A DNA stretch of 64,000 nt from Eledone cirrhosa (Eukaryota): NCBI GenBank assembly GCA_964016885.1, contig OZ024740.1:144956001-145020000 (forward strand), written 5' to 3'. Each line of letters starts with the position of its first letter. Within the stretch, counting starts at the first letter, position 1. A program made the translations under genes and the position numbers. The notes beneath the pieces were generated by a model that saw only the letters and a list, made by a program, of their open reading frames with translations, was not told the DNA's origin and searched no databases. This document shows, one piece after another, positions 1 through 10,649 of this stretch.

Positions 1-602
1 ATCCTGAGGTGATGTTATGACAGTTTTCAGAATCTCTAAGGTTATGATGGTTACAGATCTAATGTCATAAAGCTAGGATTCGTTGCAATTCTTAATGTTA
101 TTTCTTTATTGTTGCAATATTGTTTCTGGTCAGTTGCAATATTTGTGTGTGGATTCTCTCCACAGGCTAAAAGAATGAGTTTGCGTCCTCAAATTCCTGT
201 TTCTATTGCTTTAAAATTCTTGAGAATTAAAGAATTTCAAGAAAAAAGATAAATTATTACGTTCATTTATAGTTTCAAATTAATTTAAACTGTGTTGGCA
301 CCTACACAACCCTGCTCTTTTATTTAATATGCATTAATTAGCTATATGATATTTATACAACTAAAATATGAAGTATACTATTCATATTGAGTACATATCT
401 GTAACGCAGTGCATTACACACCAGAAGGTTATAAACATTTTAAAAAACAAATTTATTTTCGACATGAATGTTAACTTTTCCAACGAAATCGAAAAACGTT
501 CTATTAAAACGAATATTCCTTTAAGAACAAACCTGGTATATTTATAGCTACCTTTTAACATAGCGTCGAGTAGTTTGCTAGTAAGTATGTGTGTGTATGT
601 AT

Positions 603-657
<55 letters not shown>

Positions 658-1268
658 GTGTGTGTATAAAGGTATATTGACCTATGTATATTTCCTATCT
701 ACGCATTTACCTGTTATTTTTTGCAGGTGGGGTGACCATATAGAGGTTCCCTCTCATTGGCTTATCAATGTTGCCTTTGATGTTGCTGCTGCTACATGAC
801 GTTGCTATTCTATGCCAGACACTCTGAATGTTTGTCTGTCTATCTGTCTGACTGTCTACTTGTATTAACTTTCCAACATTTGATGAAGATTCCACACAAT
901 CAATTTGGTATCTTTTTAGCAAAACCGTTCACTCTACTTTCCAATCAATCAACACACAGGCAGGAGACCACGTGACCACAGGTTGAACTGTAGTGTGTGT
1001 GTGTGTGTGTGTTTTCTTAATATGTGCTCGTGTCTGTATGTATCTATGAAAGAAAGATTACGTGCGTTAGTGTATCTAAGTGTGTATTTGTAAAATAAGC
1101 CCACAGAAGATGTGTGTTTGCGTATGTATGGAGAGAGGGAAAAGAATGAAAGAGAAAGCGGAGAGTGACTGTCTGTATGTAAAGGCATTTATTTATGTAA
1201 ATATGTATCTATTCAAGTTTTCATGCACGAATCAATATAGATATGTATGTACGTATCTTATGTAGGAT

Positions 1269-1450
1269 GAAGGCGCATGGCTTAGCGGTTAGAGTGTTCG
1301 GCTCGCTAGAGTGAAGCTGTAAGTTCCACACATGACGGCTCGTTGTGTCCTTGAGCAAGTCGCGTTGTTCCAGTCCACTCAGCTCTGTCACGGTAAATCT
1401 CCCTGAGGAATATGTTAAGAGCACGTGTTTGTGGAACGCTCAGGCTGTTT
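1269..1450 (+). mobile_element. tRNA-derived SINE with a GTGTCCTTGAGCAAG central core (Meta/MESC-like)
   Basis: A-box-like TGGCTTAGCGGTTAGAG, then the core GTTGTGTCCTTGAGCAAG; body shared with 1897-2135. The core name is from recall; ends are approximate. Confidence 0.7.
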
Positions 1451-1474
1451 CGTTGTTCGAAAAACTGTTCTATG

Positions 1475-1799
1475 TCCTCTCAGGTCTCGAATAATCGTGC
1501 CCCACCCCGTTTAAAATTTTTCAAATTTTTCCAAGCCCCCGCTCGTATTCCAACTCCCCCGCTTATCAAATTTTGCTATCTATCTCCGGCAAAATTTTAT
1601 TTTAAGTGGTAGTATTCCTTTAGACTTTAAAACGTTATATATGACAAAAAAGTACACTACAAGAAATCCCATTATAAAATAAATATGATGGTTGAGATCT
1701 CAATATATAAACTAAACGACTAATTCTGGTTTTTAAAAAAATCAAGGACAAACTAGAAAAATTACCCCCACCCCCCTATTATTTGGGATCTCAGAGTAC
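1475..1799. mobile_element. Degenerate MITE-like element
   Basis: Left end ctctcaggtctcgaataat resembles the reverse complement of the right end attatttgggatctcagag; non-coding, AT-rich interior. Confidence 0.4.
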
Positions 1800-1896
1800 T
1801 CGCGTGTTGTGTCTGTATGTGTATATATGTGTTTACATGTATGGTTACATATATATATGTATGCATGTATGTATATATAATTGTATATATGTAAGG

Positions 1897-2135
1897 AAGT
1901 GTGGTTAGGGTGTTCTGCTCGTGATCGTAAGGTTATGAGTTCGATTCTCGGCGGTGCATTGTCCTTGAGCAAGACACTTTATTTCACGTTGCTCCACTCA
2001 GCTGACAAAAATGAGTTGCATTGTGTCACACTGAATCTCCCTGAAAACTACGTTAAGGGTACACGTGTCTGTGGAAGGCAAGCTATTCCATTGTTCGTAC
2101 AACTAGCACACTCGTCGGCAGAACTGACGGAGGTC
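1897..2135 (+). mobile_element. tRNA-derived SINE, same family as 1269-1450
   Basis: GTGGTTAGGGTG...GAGTTCGATTCTC (B box), then TGTCCTTGAGCAAGACACTTT. Confidence 0.75.
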
Positions 2136-2189
2136 CAGCATTTATGTATGTATGTTTAACTATGTAGATACTCTGCATTGTGATATTGC

Positions 2190-2522
2190 AACTGCACCTG
2201 CTGCTGCTGTTGTTATTGATGATGACGATAAGGATGATGGTGGTGGTTGCGTTGATAAAGGTAGTGATGATGAGGAGGAGAAGGCGGCTTTTGCTGTTGC
2301 TTATGATGATGATGATGAGGAGGAAGGGGAGAAGGAAGGATCCGCTGTTGATGATACTACTGTTGCTGTTGCTGATGATGATAACGATGCTGGCTATGTT
2401 ATTGGCACTGGTTAATATTTGCAGAAAAATCGGTGATATTTCTGTTTCTATTGGATGTATTGGCAGTGGTGGATTTCTTCACCGAGAAATCAGCACTGTA
2501 CTATCGGTGATGATGATGATGA

Positions 2523-2566
<44 letters not shown>

Positions 2567-2575
2567 ACAATAATA
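2190..2575. repeat. Trinucleotide low-complexity tract (GAT/GCT/ACT)n
   Basis: Direct reading; explains the poly-D, poly-L and poly-T ORFs. Confidence 0.9.
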
Positions 2576-3290
2576 ATTGTTTCTACTTTTGGCACAAGGC
2601 CAGCAATTATACCAGTACATTACTGGTACTTTATTTTATCGACCCCGTAAGGATGAAAGGCAAAGTTAACCTCGGCGGGATTTGAACTCAGACCGTATAA
2701 GGCCGTAACTCTATGCTGTAAAACATGGCATCCGACCTTCTACCTATACTGCCAATCCATCAGTATGGCTGCATCTCAATTTCGAGAATTGCCATCCCTT
2801 GACCTTTTTCTCATACATGGGTAGCACGAACATGACGTTCTAGCTTTTCCAAGGAATTAGACTAACAATAATAAGACTAACTTATATAGGCGCAAGGCCA
2901 GCAATTTTGGAGGAGGGGACAGTCCATTAAATCGACCCACTGCATTACTGGTACTTTATTTTATCGACCCCGTAAGGATGAAAGGCAAAGTTAACCTCGA
3001 TTGGATTTGAACTTAGATCGTAAAGGGACGTAACTATGCTGGAAACATGGTGTCCGGCCCTCTACCGTTGCTGCCAATTCACCTGGTTTCTACTTTAGGC
3101 ACAAGGCCAATATTTTAGGGGAGGGGAAATCGATTAAATCGACCCCAGTGTGTTACTGGTATTTTATTTTATCGACCCCGTAAGGATGAAAGGCAAAGCT
3201 AACCTCAGCGGGATTTGAACTCAGAACGTAAAGGGCTGTAACTCTATGCCATAAAGCATGTTGTCCGACGTTCTAACGATACTGTCAATT
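2575..3290 (-). mobile_element. Three tandem tRNA-head SINE copies with a Deu/Nin-like domain (~2575-2758, ~2885-3082, ~3086-3290)
   Basis: On the minus strand each has a B box close to GAGTTCAAATC, then CTTTGCCTTTCATCCTTACGGGGTCGATAAAATAAA, resembling the Deu/Nin central domain. Confidence 0.85.
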
Positions 3291-3424
3291 ATATACCGCA
3301 AAGCATGTTGTCCGACGCTCTACCGATATAGTCAACTATATACCCCCAAAACATGTCCAACATACTAACGATTATTATCCACTGTTCTTAATAATTATGA
3401 TAATAAAAATAATTTGTATAACAA

Positions 3425-3719
3425 TGATAGGTAGGCAACAGACCCTTAATTTTTGATGGAGTCGCAAGGGCGCTGGTCTAAAGTACAACGCGTCTTCGGT
3501 ATTTTAAACCTGGATAAGCCCATCCTTCTCCAGGTCGGAATACAGCCGGTTTCTTCCACTCACAAGATCTCCAGACAAGACGTCTTGCCTGATGATCGTG
3601 TCAGTCCATAGATAAAACATCACAGCAACAAGACTCACACTTTAGCCATAATAAAGAATTATTTAACTCTACATCGGTACTTCGGTAGTGAGTACTCATT
3701 CTCACTTCCACCAATATCA
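3425..3719 (+). mobile_element. Probable solo LTR
   Basis: Inverted termini TGATA...TATCA, AATAAA at 3650-3655, ~295 bp. No TSD seen. Confidence 0.45.
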
Positions 3720-3725
3720 CACGGT

Positions 3726-3802
3726 GTATGTATGTATGTATGTATGTATGTATGTATGTATGTATGTATGTATGTATGTATGTATGTATGTATGTATGTA
3801 TG
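3726..3802. repeat. (TATG)n microsatellite at the 5' junction of the RTE element
   Basis: Direct reading; source of the MYVC repeat that starts ORF 3728-6112. Confidence 0.95.
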
Positions 3803-6568
3803 CATCCTGCATCTAAGGAATGGCATCTTTTGGACTACGTCCTAGTCAGGATGCGTGACAGACAGGATGTGCAGTGTGTTCGTGTTCTTCGTGGAGCTGA
3901 GTGCTGGACGGACCACCGCCTGGTACGCGCAAAAGTGAAACTAATCACTAAACGTAAAATCCGGGCTCCTGGTGTTGCCCTGCCCAAAAGATTGAATGCT
4001 GCTCGTCTTAAGGATAAAAATGTGAAGAGGACATTGGATGAAGAGATGCAGGCTGCAGATCTTGGTGAGGATTGGCCGACCCTTAAAAAGTCGGTTTATG
4101 ATGTAGGCAGGCGTGTTCTGGGATTGGTGCAGAGAAAACATCAGGACTGGTTTAATGAGAATGATGTACATATAGAAGACTTGTTGGCTGATAAGAGGCG
4201 TGCTCTGTCACGCTACTTGACGGCAAAACCACAGGAGAGGAATACGTTGCATGAGGAACTCAGGGATGTAAAATCACGTGTTAGGCGGAGTCTTTCTCAG
4301 ATGAAGGATCAGTGGTGGAGTGAGAAGGCTGGTGAGATACAAACTGCGTCTGATTCCAATAACACAAAGCTGTTGTACAGTCTCTTGCGTGAGGTTTATG
4401 GACCGTCTTCTTCTCTGGTGACACCGCTTCGCAGCAAGGATGGTAAAGAACTTCTTCGTGACTCACAAGGAATTCTACGAAGGTGGCGAGAGCACTTTGA
4501 TGATCTTTTGAATCAGCCGTCTGTCGTCAGTGAAGATTTCCTCAATCTCATTCCAGAAAGTCCTGTGAAAGTAGCTCTCGCAGAACCTCCGACGCTTGTG
4601 GAGGTTGCAGTGGCTATTTCGAAGCTGAACAGTGGAAGATCTCCAGGTATGGATGGCATACATGCTGAGCTCCTACAATATGGTGGTGAGAGACTCCTGC
4701 AACATCTTCACTCTTTGTTTGGCAGGATATGGGCTAATGAATCCGTACCTGAGGACTGGAGAGATGCAGTAATGGTGGTCTTGTACAAGGGAAAGGGTAA
4801 CAGGAACGATTGTGGGAACTACAGAGGTATATCATTGCTTTCTGTCGTAGGCAAAGTTTTATGTAGGGTGCTTCTGGACCGTCTGCTGACACACATTGCA
4901 GATTGTGTTCTTCCTGAAAGTCAATCTGGTTTTCGTGCAGGACGCGGCACTACTGATATGATCTTCTCAGCTAGACAGGTCCAGGAGAAGTGCATGGAAC
5001 AAGGCTTGGATCTGTATCAGGTTTTTGTCGATCTGACAAAAGCTTTTGATACTGTTAACAGAGATGCATTATGGAAGGTTCTCCAGAAACTTGGTTGCCC
5101 TGATAAGTTCCTTGCTTTAGTTAGGTCTTTCCATGACGACATGAAGGCTTGGGTTAATGTCGGGGGTAACATGTCGGAGCCTATCTCAGTAAAAAATGGA
5201 GTGAAACAGGGGGATATTCCAGCACCGACCCTGTTTGCCATATACTTTGCAATGGTTTTCTGTATTGCATTCAGGAATTGCGAGCATGGTGTTTACATCC
5301 GATATCGAACCTCAGGCAGCATATTTAACATCAGGCGCTTTGCTGCGAAGACAAAAGTATTTACATCAATCATAAGAGACCTCTTGTATGCAGATGATTG
5401 CGATCTTGTAGCGCACACAGAGAGTGATATGCAGCACATTTTGAATGCATTTTCTGACGCTTGCACTGCCCTAGGTCTGACTGTCAGTCTCAAGAAAACC
5501 GTCGTCATGTACCAACCTGCCCATGGTAGACAGTACACTGAACCAAACATCTATGTGTATGGCAAACGACTTGGAGTGGTTGATCAGTTTGTCTACCTGG
5601 GAAGCACTGTCAATCGATACAGCAACCTTGACAGTGAAATCTCACTTAGGATTAGGAAAGCAAGTGATGCTTTCGGAAAGCTAGAAAGGCGACTCTGGGG
5701 TCGGCGAGACATATGCAGGAGGACAAAGGTAAAGGTGTACAAGGCATGTGTGCTCTCTTGTCTTCTTTATGCTTGCGAGACTTGGGTCACATATCGACAC
5801 CACCTTAAGCAATTGGAGCGTTTCCATCAGATGTGTCTCAGACGGATCCATGGCGTTCACTGGAGGGACCACATCAGTGATGTCGAGATTTTGGAAAGCT
5901 CTATGTGCGACAGTATAGAAGCTCTTGTGCTTAAGCAACGACACCGTTGGAGTGGTCACTTTGCCAGGATGAAGGATTCTAGAATACCAAAACAACTCTT
6001 TTATGGAGAGTTGGTTAAAGGAAAACGACCGCCACATAAACCAAAAAAGAGGTATAAGGATTCCTTGAAAGCCTCTCTGAAAGACGCTAACATCTCTGCT
6101 GATACATGGTAGAATATTGCTGCTGATCGTAATAAATGGAGAAAGACTGTATATGAGGGGAAAGTTGCCTTTGAGGCATCTCGAATCGCATATGAGAAAG
6201 TAAAGCGGGATGTGAGGAAGGGCATTGCTGTTGCACTTCCAGACGGCGAGGGTCCTCCTATGGTGCTGACATGCAGCGTATGTGCGAGACTCTGCCTAAG
6301 CAAAGCTGGACTCGAAAGTCATCTTCGCAGTCATAAAGTAAGACCAGTGGTTGACTACTAGGCTGCTGTTGGAGATGCTACTCATCATGCTTGCCAAACA
6401 TGTGGTAGAGAATGTAAATCAGCAGGAGGGCTCAAGCGACATGCAAAAGTACACGAACTCCAACCACAGCCGACTATTCCCAGTAAATGTTTTGGTTGCC
6501 GACTCTGTGCAAGACATTTTAGATCATTGGCTGGGCTAAAAAGCCACATTCGATCGCAACGCTGTTAG
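3800..6568 (+). mobile_element. RTE-clade LINE ORF, 5'-truncated: end of the APE endonuclease, intact RT, three C-terminal zinc fingers beyond two in-frame TAG stops
   Basis: Motifs MHPASKEWHLLDY, TDHRLV, NYRGISLLS, QSGFR, FVDLTKAFDTV, GVKQG, YADD (5387-5398), YLGS, LLYACETW. The same frame continues past TAG 6110-6112 and TAG 6359-6361 to TAG 6566-6568. Confidence 0.95.
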
Positions 6569-6644
6569 CTGCTATCGCGTGTGTGTGTGTGTGTAGATAT
6601 GCTTATGTGTGTGCGTGTGTGTGTATATATATATGTATATGTAT

Positions 6645-6898
6645 GAAACAAAATGGCGTAGGACAGAACAAAGGAGAGGCACAGAAACAAAGAAAGGAAT
6701 CCCCAGTCACTGAAGAGGTCACAGAGTGTGTGACGAAAGAACTATGACTATATATAAACAACTATCTGGTTGTGGAACCAACCAACCAACCAGAAATTTA
6801 TAAATTTATAAATTTATAAATATATAATAAATTGAAGTGAAAGCAACTGGTGCGTGTGTTTCTTATTGGCAACATGACCCTCCCAAAGTATAACAATA
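6645..6898 (+). mobile_element. Solo 3' end (pLTR fragment) of the PLE family at 16572-19739
   Basis: Near-identical to ~19482-19739, ends at the same ...CCCAAAGTATAACAATA terminus next to TA repeats. Confidence 0.9.
6705..6749 (+). ncRNA. Minimal type-I hammerhead ribozyme motif
   Basis: AGTCA-CTGAAGA-G-GTCACA/TGTGAC-GAAA-GAA-CTA-TGACT: core, stem II, stem I and a CUA triplet. Confidence 0.8.
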
Positions 6899-7029
6899 TA
6901 TGTATATTATTATTGTTGTTGTCGTTATTATTAATGTTGTTATTATTATTATTATTATTATTGTTATTAATGTATGTGTGTGTGTATATGTGTGTGTGAG
7001 TATGTGTGTGGGTGTGTGTATATATGTAC

Positions 7030-7062
<33 letters not shown>

Positions 7063-7072
7063 TTTTTCTTTT

Positions 7073-7105
<33 letters not shown>

Positions 7106-7120
7106 TTTTTTTCTTTCTCC

Positions 7121-7225
7121 TCGTGCAATGGCCATACTCGATAACGAGGGGGCAGCCATCATGTATGTATGTATGTATCTATGTATGTATGTATGTATGT
7201 ATGTATGTATGTATGTATGTATGTA
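7121..7225 (+). mobile_element. RTE-type 3' terminus: CTCG-ataa-CGAG stem-loop, GCAGCCATC and a (ATGT)n tail; probably the end of the RTE at 3800
   Basis: Almost the same 40-mer recurs at 14981-15025; related termini at ~22105, ~22635, ~23250 and ~23906, the last directly after RTE coding sequence. Confidence 0.7.
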
Positions 7226-7289
7226 CATACATATATATATTAATATTAATTCAAATATTAATAAAATAGATGTTCTGTTGATCAATTAC

Positions 7290-7342
7290 ATTTTATTATA
7301 CATATTTCGGATGTACAACAGTACGTCCTCATCAGACAAAAT
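7290..7342 (-). ncRNA. Minimal type-I hammerhead motif
   Basis: Minus strand ATTTTGT-CTGATGA-GGACGTAC-tgtt-GTACATCC-GAAA-TATGT-ATA-ATAAAAT. Confidence 0.8.
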
Positions 7343-7470
7343 ATAATGATACATGACATACCCTGAGATGTTATATGGTTAAGATGTAATCAAGGTAGTG
7401 ATTACTAGTGATTACTACCTTGATTAAATCTTAACCATCTAACATGTCAGGGTATGTCATGTATCATTTT

Positions 7471-7536
7471 ATTTTATCTGATGAGGACGTACTGTTGAAC
7501 TTGATTCAAGTACCTCTGAAATATGTATAATAAAAT
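7471..7536 (+). ncRNA. Hammerhead motif with an enlarged stem II loop
   Basis: ATTTTAT-CTGATGA-GGACGTAC...GTACCTCT-GAAA-TATGT-ATA-ATAAAAT; perfect 7-bp stem I. Confidence 0.7.
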
Positions 7537-7677
7537 TTAATTGATCACAAGAATATCTATTTTGTTAATATTTGAATTAATATTAATAACTGTGGAAAAT
7601 ATTACTGTAGAGTGCTTCCAATCTACTGTAAAACTAATTCTTTGATGTACTCACTGAATCTTGTTTAACTCTTTAAT

Positions 7678-7762
<85 letters not shown>

Positions 7763-7893
7763 GATAAATCTACCAAGAGTTTACGGTAGTGTCCAATCCG
7801 TATGAAGAACTCAATGTAATCCGGATATCATGGAAAGAAGAGATGCAATGAAAAATCACTTTCGGTGAAAGATAAACGGAATACAGAGTCAAG

Positions 7894-8048
7894 ATAAAAT
7901 ATTAAAAAAATAATGAATAAAACAATGAAACAGTTCCTTATATTAAACAAAAAAAGTTCATTATTTAACGATCGTTTCTGGGATATATATGAACTTTTTT
8001 TTGTTTAATATAAGGAACTGTTTCATTGTTTTATTCATTATTTTTTTA

Positions 8049-8057
<9 letters not shown>
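7894..8057. repeat. Inverted repeat (arms 7894-7961 and 7989-8057) next to (TA)n
   Basis: Near-perfect arms; the loop holds the reverse complement of GAAACGATCGTTA, the 3' half of the hammerhead at 8873-8917. Confidence 0.8.
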
Positions 8058-8100
<43 letters not shown>

Positions 8101-8101
<1 letters not shown>

Positions 8102-8592
8102 CAAAGGAATTGTGGTAAGGAACCAGATGGAGCATAACGCACCAGAATACTCAATACTTAGGGTAGTAGAGTGGGAAATAGGAAAAAGTATGACCCCGAC
8201 GGCAGAGCTCAAGCCGTTTCGACGGCTATTTCTGGACTAAATTAGAGACACTACTCTCATTCGATTTACCTATTCTATAACCTCCCTCCTCCACTTCATA
8301 CGCTATCCTCAGAATCTGCTGTATACATATCACTTTCAACGCTTGTCCGCTCCTGTCACACCCCTATTGTTCTACAGGCAAGTTCAGCCACCCCTACCTC
8401 CCACCAAATGCCATGATAGACTTATTTGTGTTTACAACAAATTTTAACCAATCCTCTTGACAACTACAATCTTCCCATATAAGAAAGTACCCCCTTGAAA
8501 AGTTCGGCTATTTATTCACCAGGCGAAACATTCTAATTTAGTCCAGAAATAGCCGTCGAAACGGCTTGAGCTCTGCCGTCGGGGTCATACTT

Positions 8593-8596
<4 letters not shown>
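8101..8596. mobile_element. PLE-like fold-back element between (TA)n tracts with a 65-bp inverted repeat (8182-8246 and 8532-8596)
   Basis: Arms are exact reverse complements; divergent hammerhead-like CTTGAAAA..CGGCTATTT/AAATAGCCG..GAAAC at ~8494-8562; CTGGTGCG on the minus strand near 8138-8145. Confidence 0.65.
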
Positions 8597-8641
<45 letters not shown>

Positions 8642-8872
8642 CATATACATACATATATATATATAGAACATTCATTAAGACACATTATATTTGAGAAGAC
8701 TAATTATAATTATTAGTGTCAGTTACAATATATTGAAGAGTAAGAGCAGAAGAACATTATTATTAAATGATAGTAATAAAATATTGAAAAGTATCATAAA
8801 GAGAAGCTGTTTTGAAGCTATATAATAATTGCAAGAAATATTACTTATAAATCATTGTATCAAGAATATCAG

Positions 8873-8917
8873 GCTCCGATGATTCCAGGTATTTGTCTGG
8901 AAGAAACGATCGTTAGT
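8873..8917 (+). ncRNA. Hammerhead variant (CCGATGA core)
   Basis: GCT-CCGATGA-TTCCAG-gtatttgt-CTGGAA-GAAA-CGATCG-TT-AGT; self-complementary helix III ACGATCGT. Confidence 0.65.
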
Positions 8918-9092
8918 AATTAAATGCATTAAACAAAAATTTGATTGTTTTCTATGTTGTATTTCTGCTCTGTAGTATATCTGATATTTTACATTGAGCT
9001 AATTTTCTTACTGGTAATTGGGTAATAAACAATATTACCCTTATCTTATTTATAATTATATGTAGATTATATATAAGTATACATATTATTAT

Positions 9093-9158
<66 letters not shown>

Positions 9159-9609
9159 GTGGGATATACACAGGTAACAGAAAACTCGGAAGAGACAAGG
9201 GCATGGACAATTCACGCTCATCGGCTGGGAATCATTATAGTTTTCAGATGCTTCCAAAGACAGGACTATTTACCTTTAGTGCATCAATAGTATCTAAATA
9301 TAGCTATTAGGAATGACATCACATCAGACCATGCCCCCCCCCCCCAAAAAAAAAGACGAAAGACCTACATACCGATATGGGAGAGGAAAATTGCTACAAT
9401 GGAAAGCAATATACAAATGTGGGTAGGTAATCGTAATAGTAATAAAGAAATTAATTAAATTGATACAAGTTAGTTGAAGCAAACGCCCAGGAATAAATAA
9501 GGCAAGAGACGTGGCGAAGTGGACTGACCAGCTCAGCAGTCGAAACACAAAAGAATGAGACAGAAGCTTGAAAGGAAGTTGGTAGGAAGTGCAGTGTTGA
9601 GAACTAAGA

Positions 9610-9652
<43 letters not shown>

Positions 9653-9655
<3 letters not shown>

Positions 9656-9870
9656 AAATTTCATATTTCTAAAGAAATACGGTATGTTTATGGATAAACA
9701 TTTAGAAAGCCGTTGCTATGCAAAACACTGGGCCTACTCTTCTGGTGGTGTCCAGCAGAAGCAAGGGGAACACCACCAGAGGGTAATAGCCCCGGCGTTT
9801 TGCATAGCTACAGCTTTCTAAATATTTATCCATAAACATGCCATATTTCTTTTGAAATACGAAATTTCAA
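9653..9870. mobile_element. Fold-back MITE-like palindrome
   Basis: Imperfect ~100-bp arms (9653-9751 and 9770-9870) with a short loop, directly after (TA)n. Confidence 0.75.
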
Positions 9871-10065
9871 CACAATGCATGAAGCTAAATCCTAATTCTT
9901 ATACACACACACACACACACACACACAGAGAGACACACGCGCACACACACACACACACGCACACACACAGACACACACACAGACACACGCGCACACACAC
10001 ACACGCACACACACATATATATATATATATATACACATAATGTTTAATATAGAAATGGCTTTTGC

Positions 10066-10106
10066 AGGACTAGAACTGTTTCATTCAAAAGAAATCATCA
10101 GGGAAG

Positions 10107-10110
<4 letters not shown>
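10066..10110 (-). ncRNA. Possible minimal hammerhead motif
   Basis: Minus strand CTGATGA-TTTC-tttt-GAAT-GAAAC-AGTT next to (TA)n; stems short and imperfect. Confidence 0.45.
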
Positions 10111-10157
<47 letters not shown>

Positions 10158-10279
10158 AGAATTGACTTCAGTACTGAACTGGTATTTTATTCAACGGCTT
10201 CGAAAGAATGACAGTTGATCTCGGCAGGATTTGAACTCGAGTACAATGAGCCGGAACAAACATCGAGGCCGTTTAACAA

Positions 10280-10463
10280 TAATTGTTTCTACTTTTGGCA
10301 CAAGGCCAGCAATTATCCCAGTGCATTACTGGTGCTTTATTTTATCGACCCTGCAAAGATGAAAAGCAAAGTTAACCCCCGCGGGGTTCGAACGTAAAGG
10401 CCCATAATTCTGTGCTGCAAAGCATGGTGTTTGGCGCTCTACCGATACTGCCAATTCACCGCC
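10280..10463 (-). mobile_element. Deu/Nin-like SINE copy
   Basis: Same family as 2575-2758. Confidence 0.8.
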
Positions 10464-10649
10464 GTTCAACAAATAAACGTTTTCTTTCATTAGTGATAAA
10501 CTTAGTATTTTTTAATGCGTTTTAGAGACTGATTCCAAATCAGTCTTTGGGGTTTTTCTTTAGCACATCTAGTTTTAGAAATATAACATTTATTATTTCA
10601 CTAACTCTTTATTAATAGTGTATTAAATAACATTTATGGAATAGAATGG

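Larger units (their letters stand above)
7238..7588. mobile_element. Fold-back non-coding element with a hammerhead in each arm (PLE-like)
   Basis: Imperfect palindrome centred near ACTAGT 7404-7409, arms ~170 bp. Confidence 0.8.

Noticed and set aside
2152-2685. Poly-Asp, poly-Leu and poly-Thr ORFs
   Set aside because: Translations of trinucleotide repeats running into a SINE.
6900-7346. MYVC, YIYI and HTHT-type ORFs here and across the window
   Set aside because: Microsatellite translations with no domain or splice support.
9510-9548. GACTG/CAGTC stem followed by GAAAC
   Set aside because: The upstream core (GCGAAGTG) is too far from CTGANGA; at best a decayed remnant.
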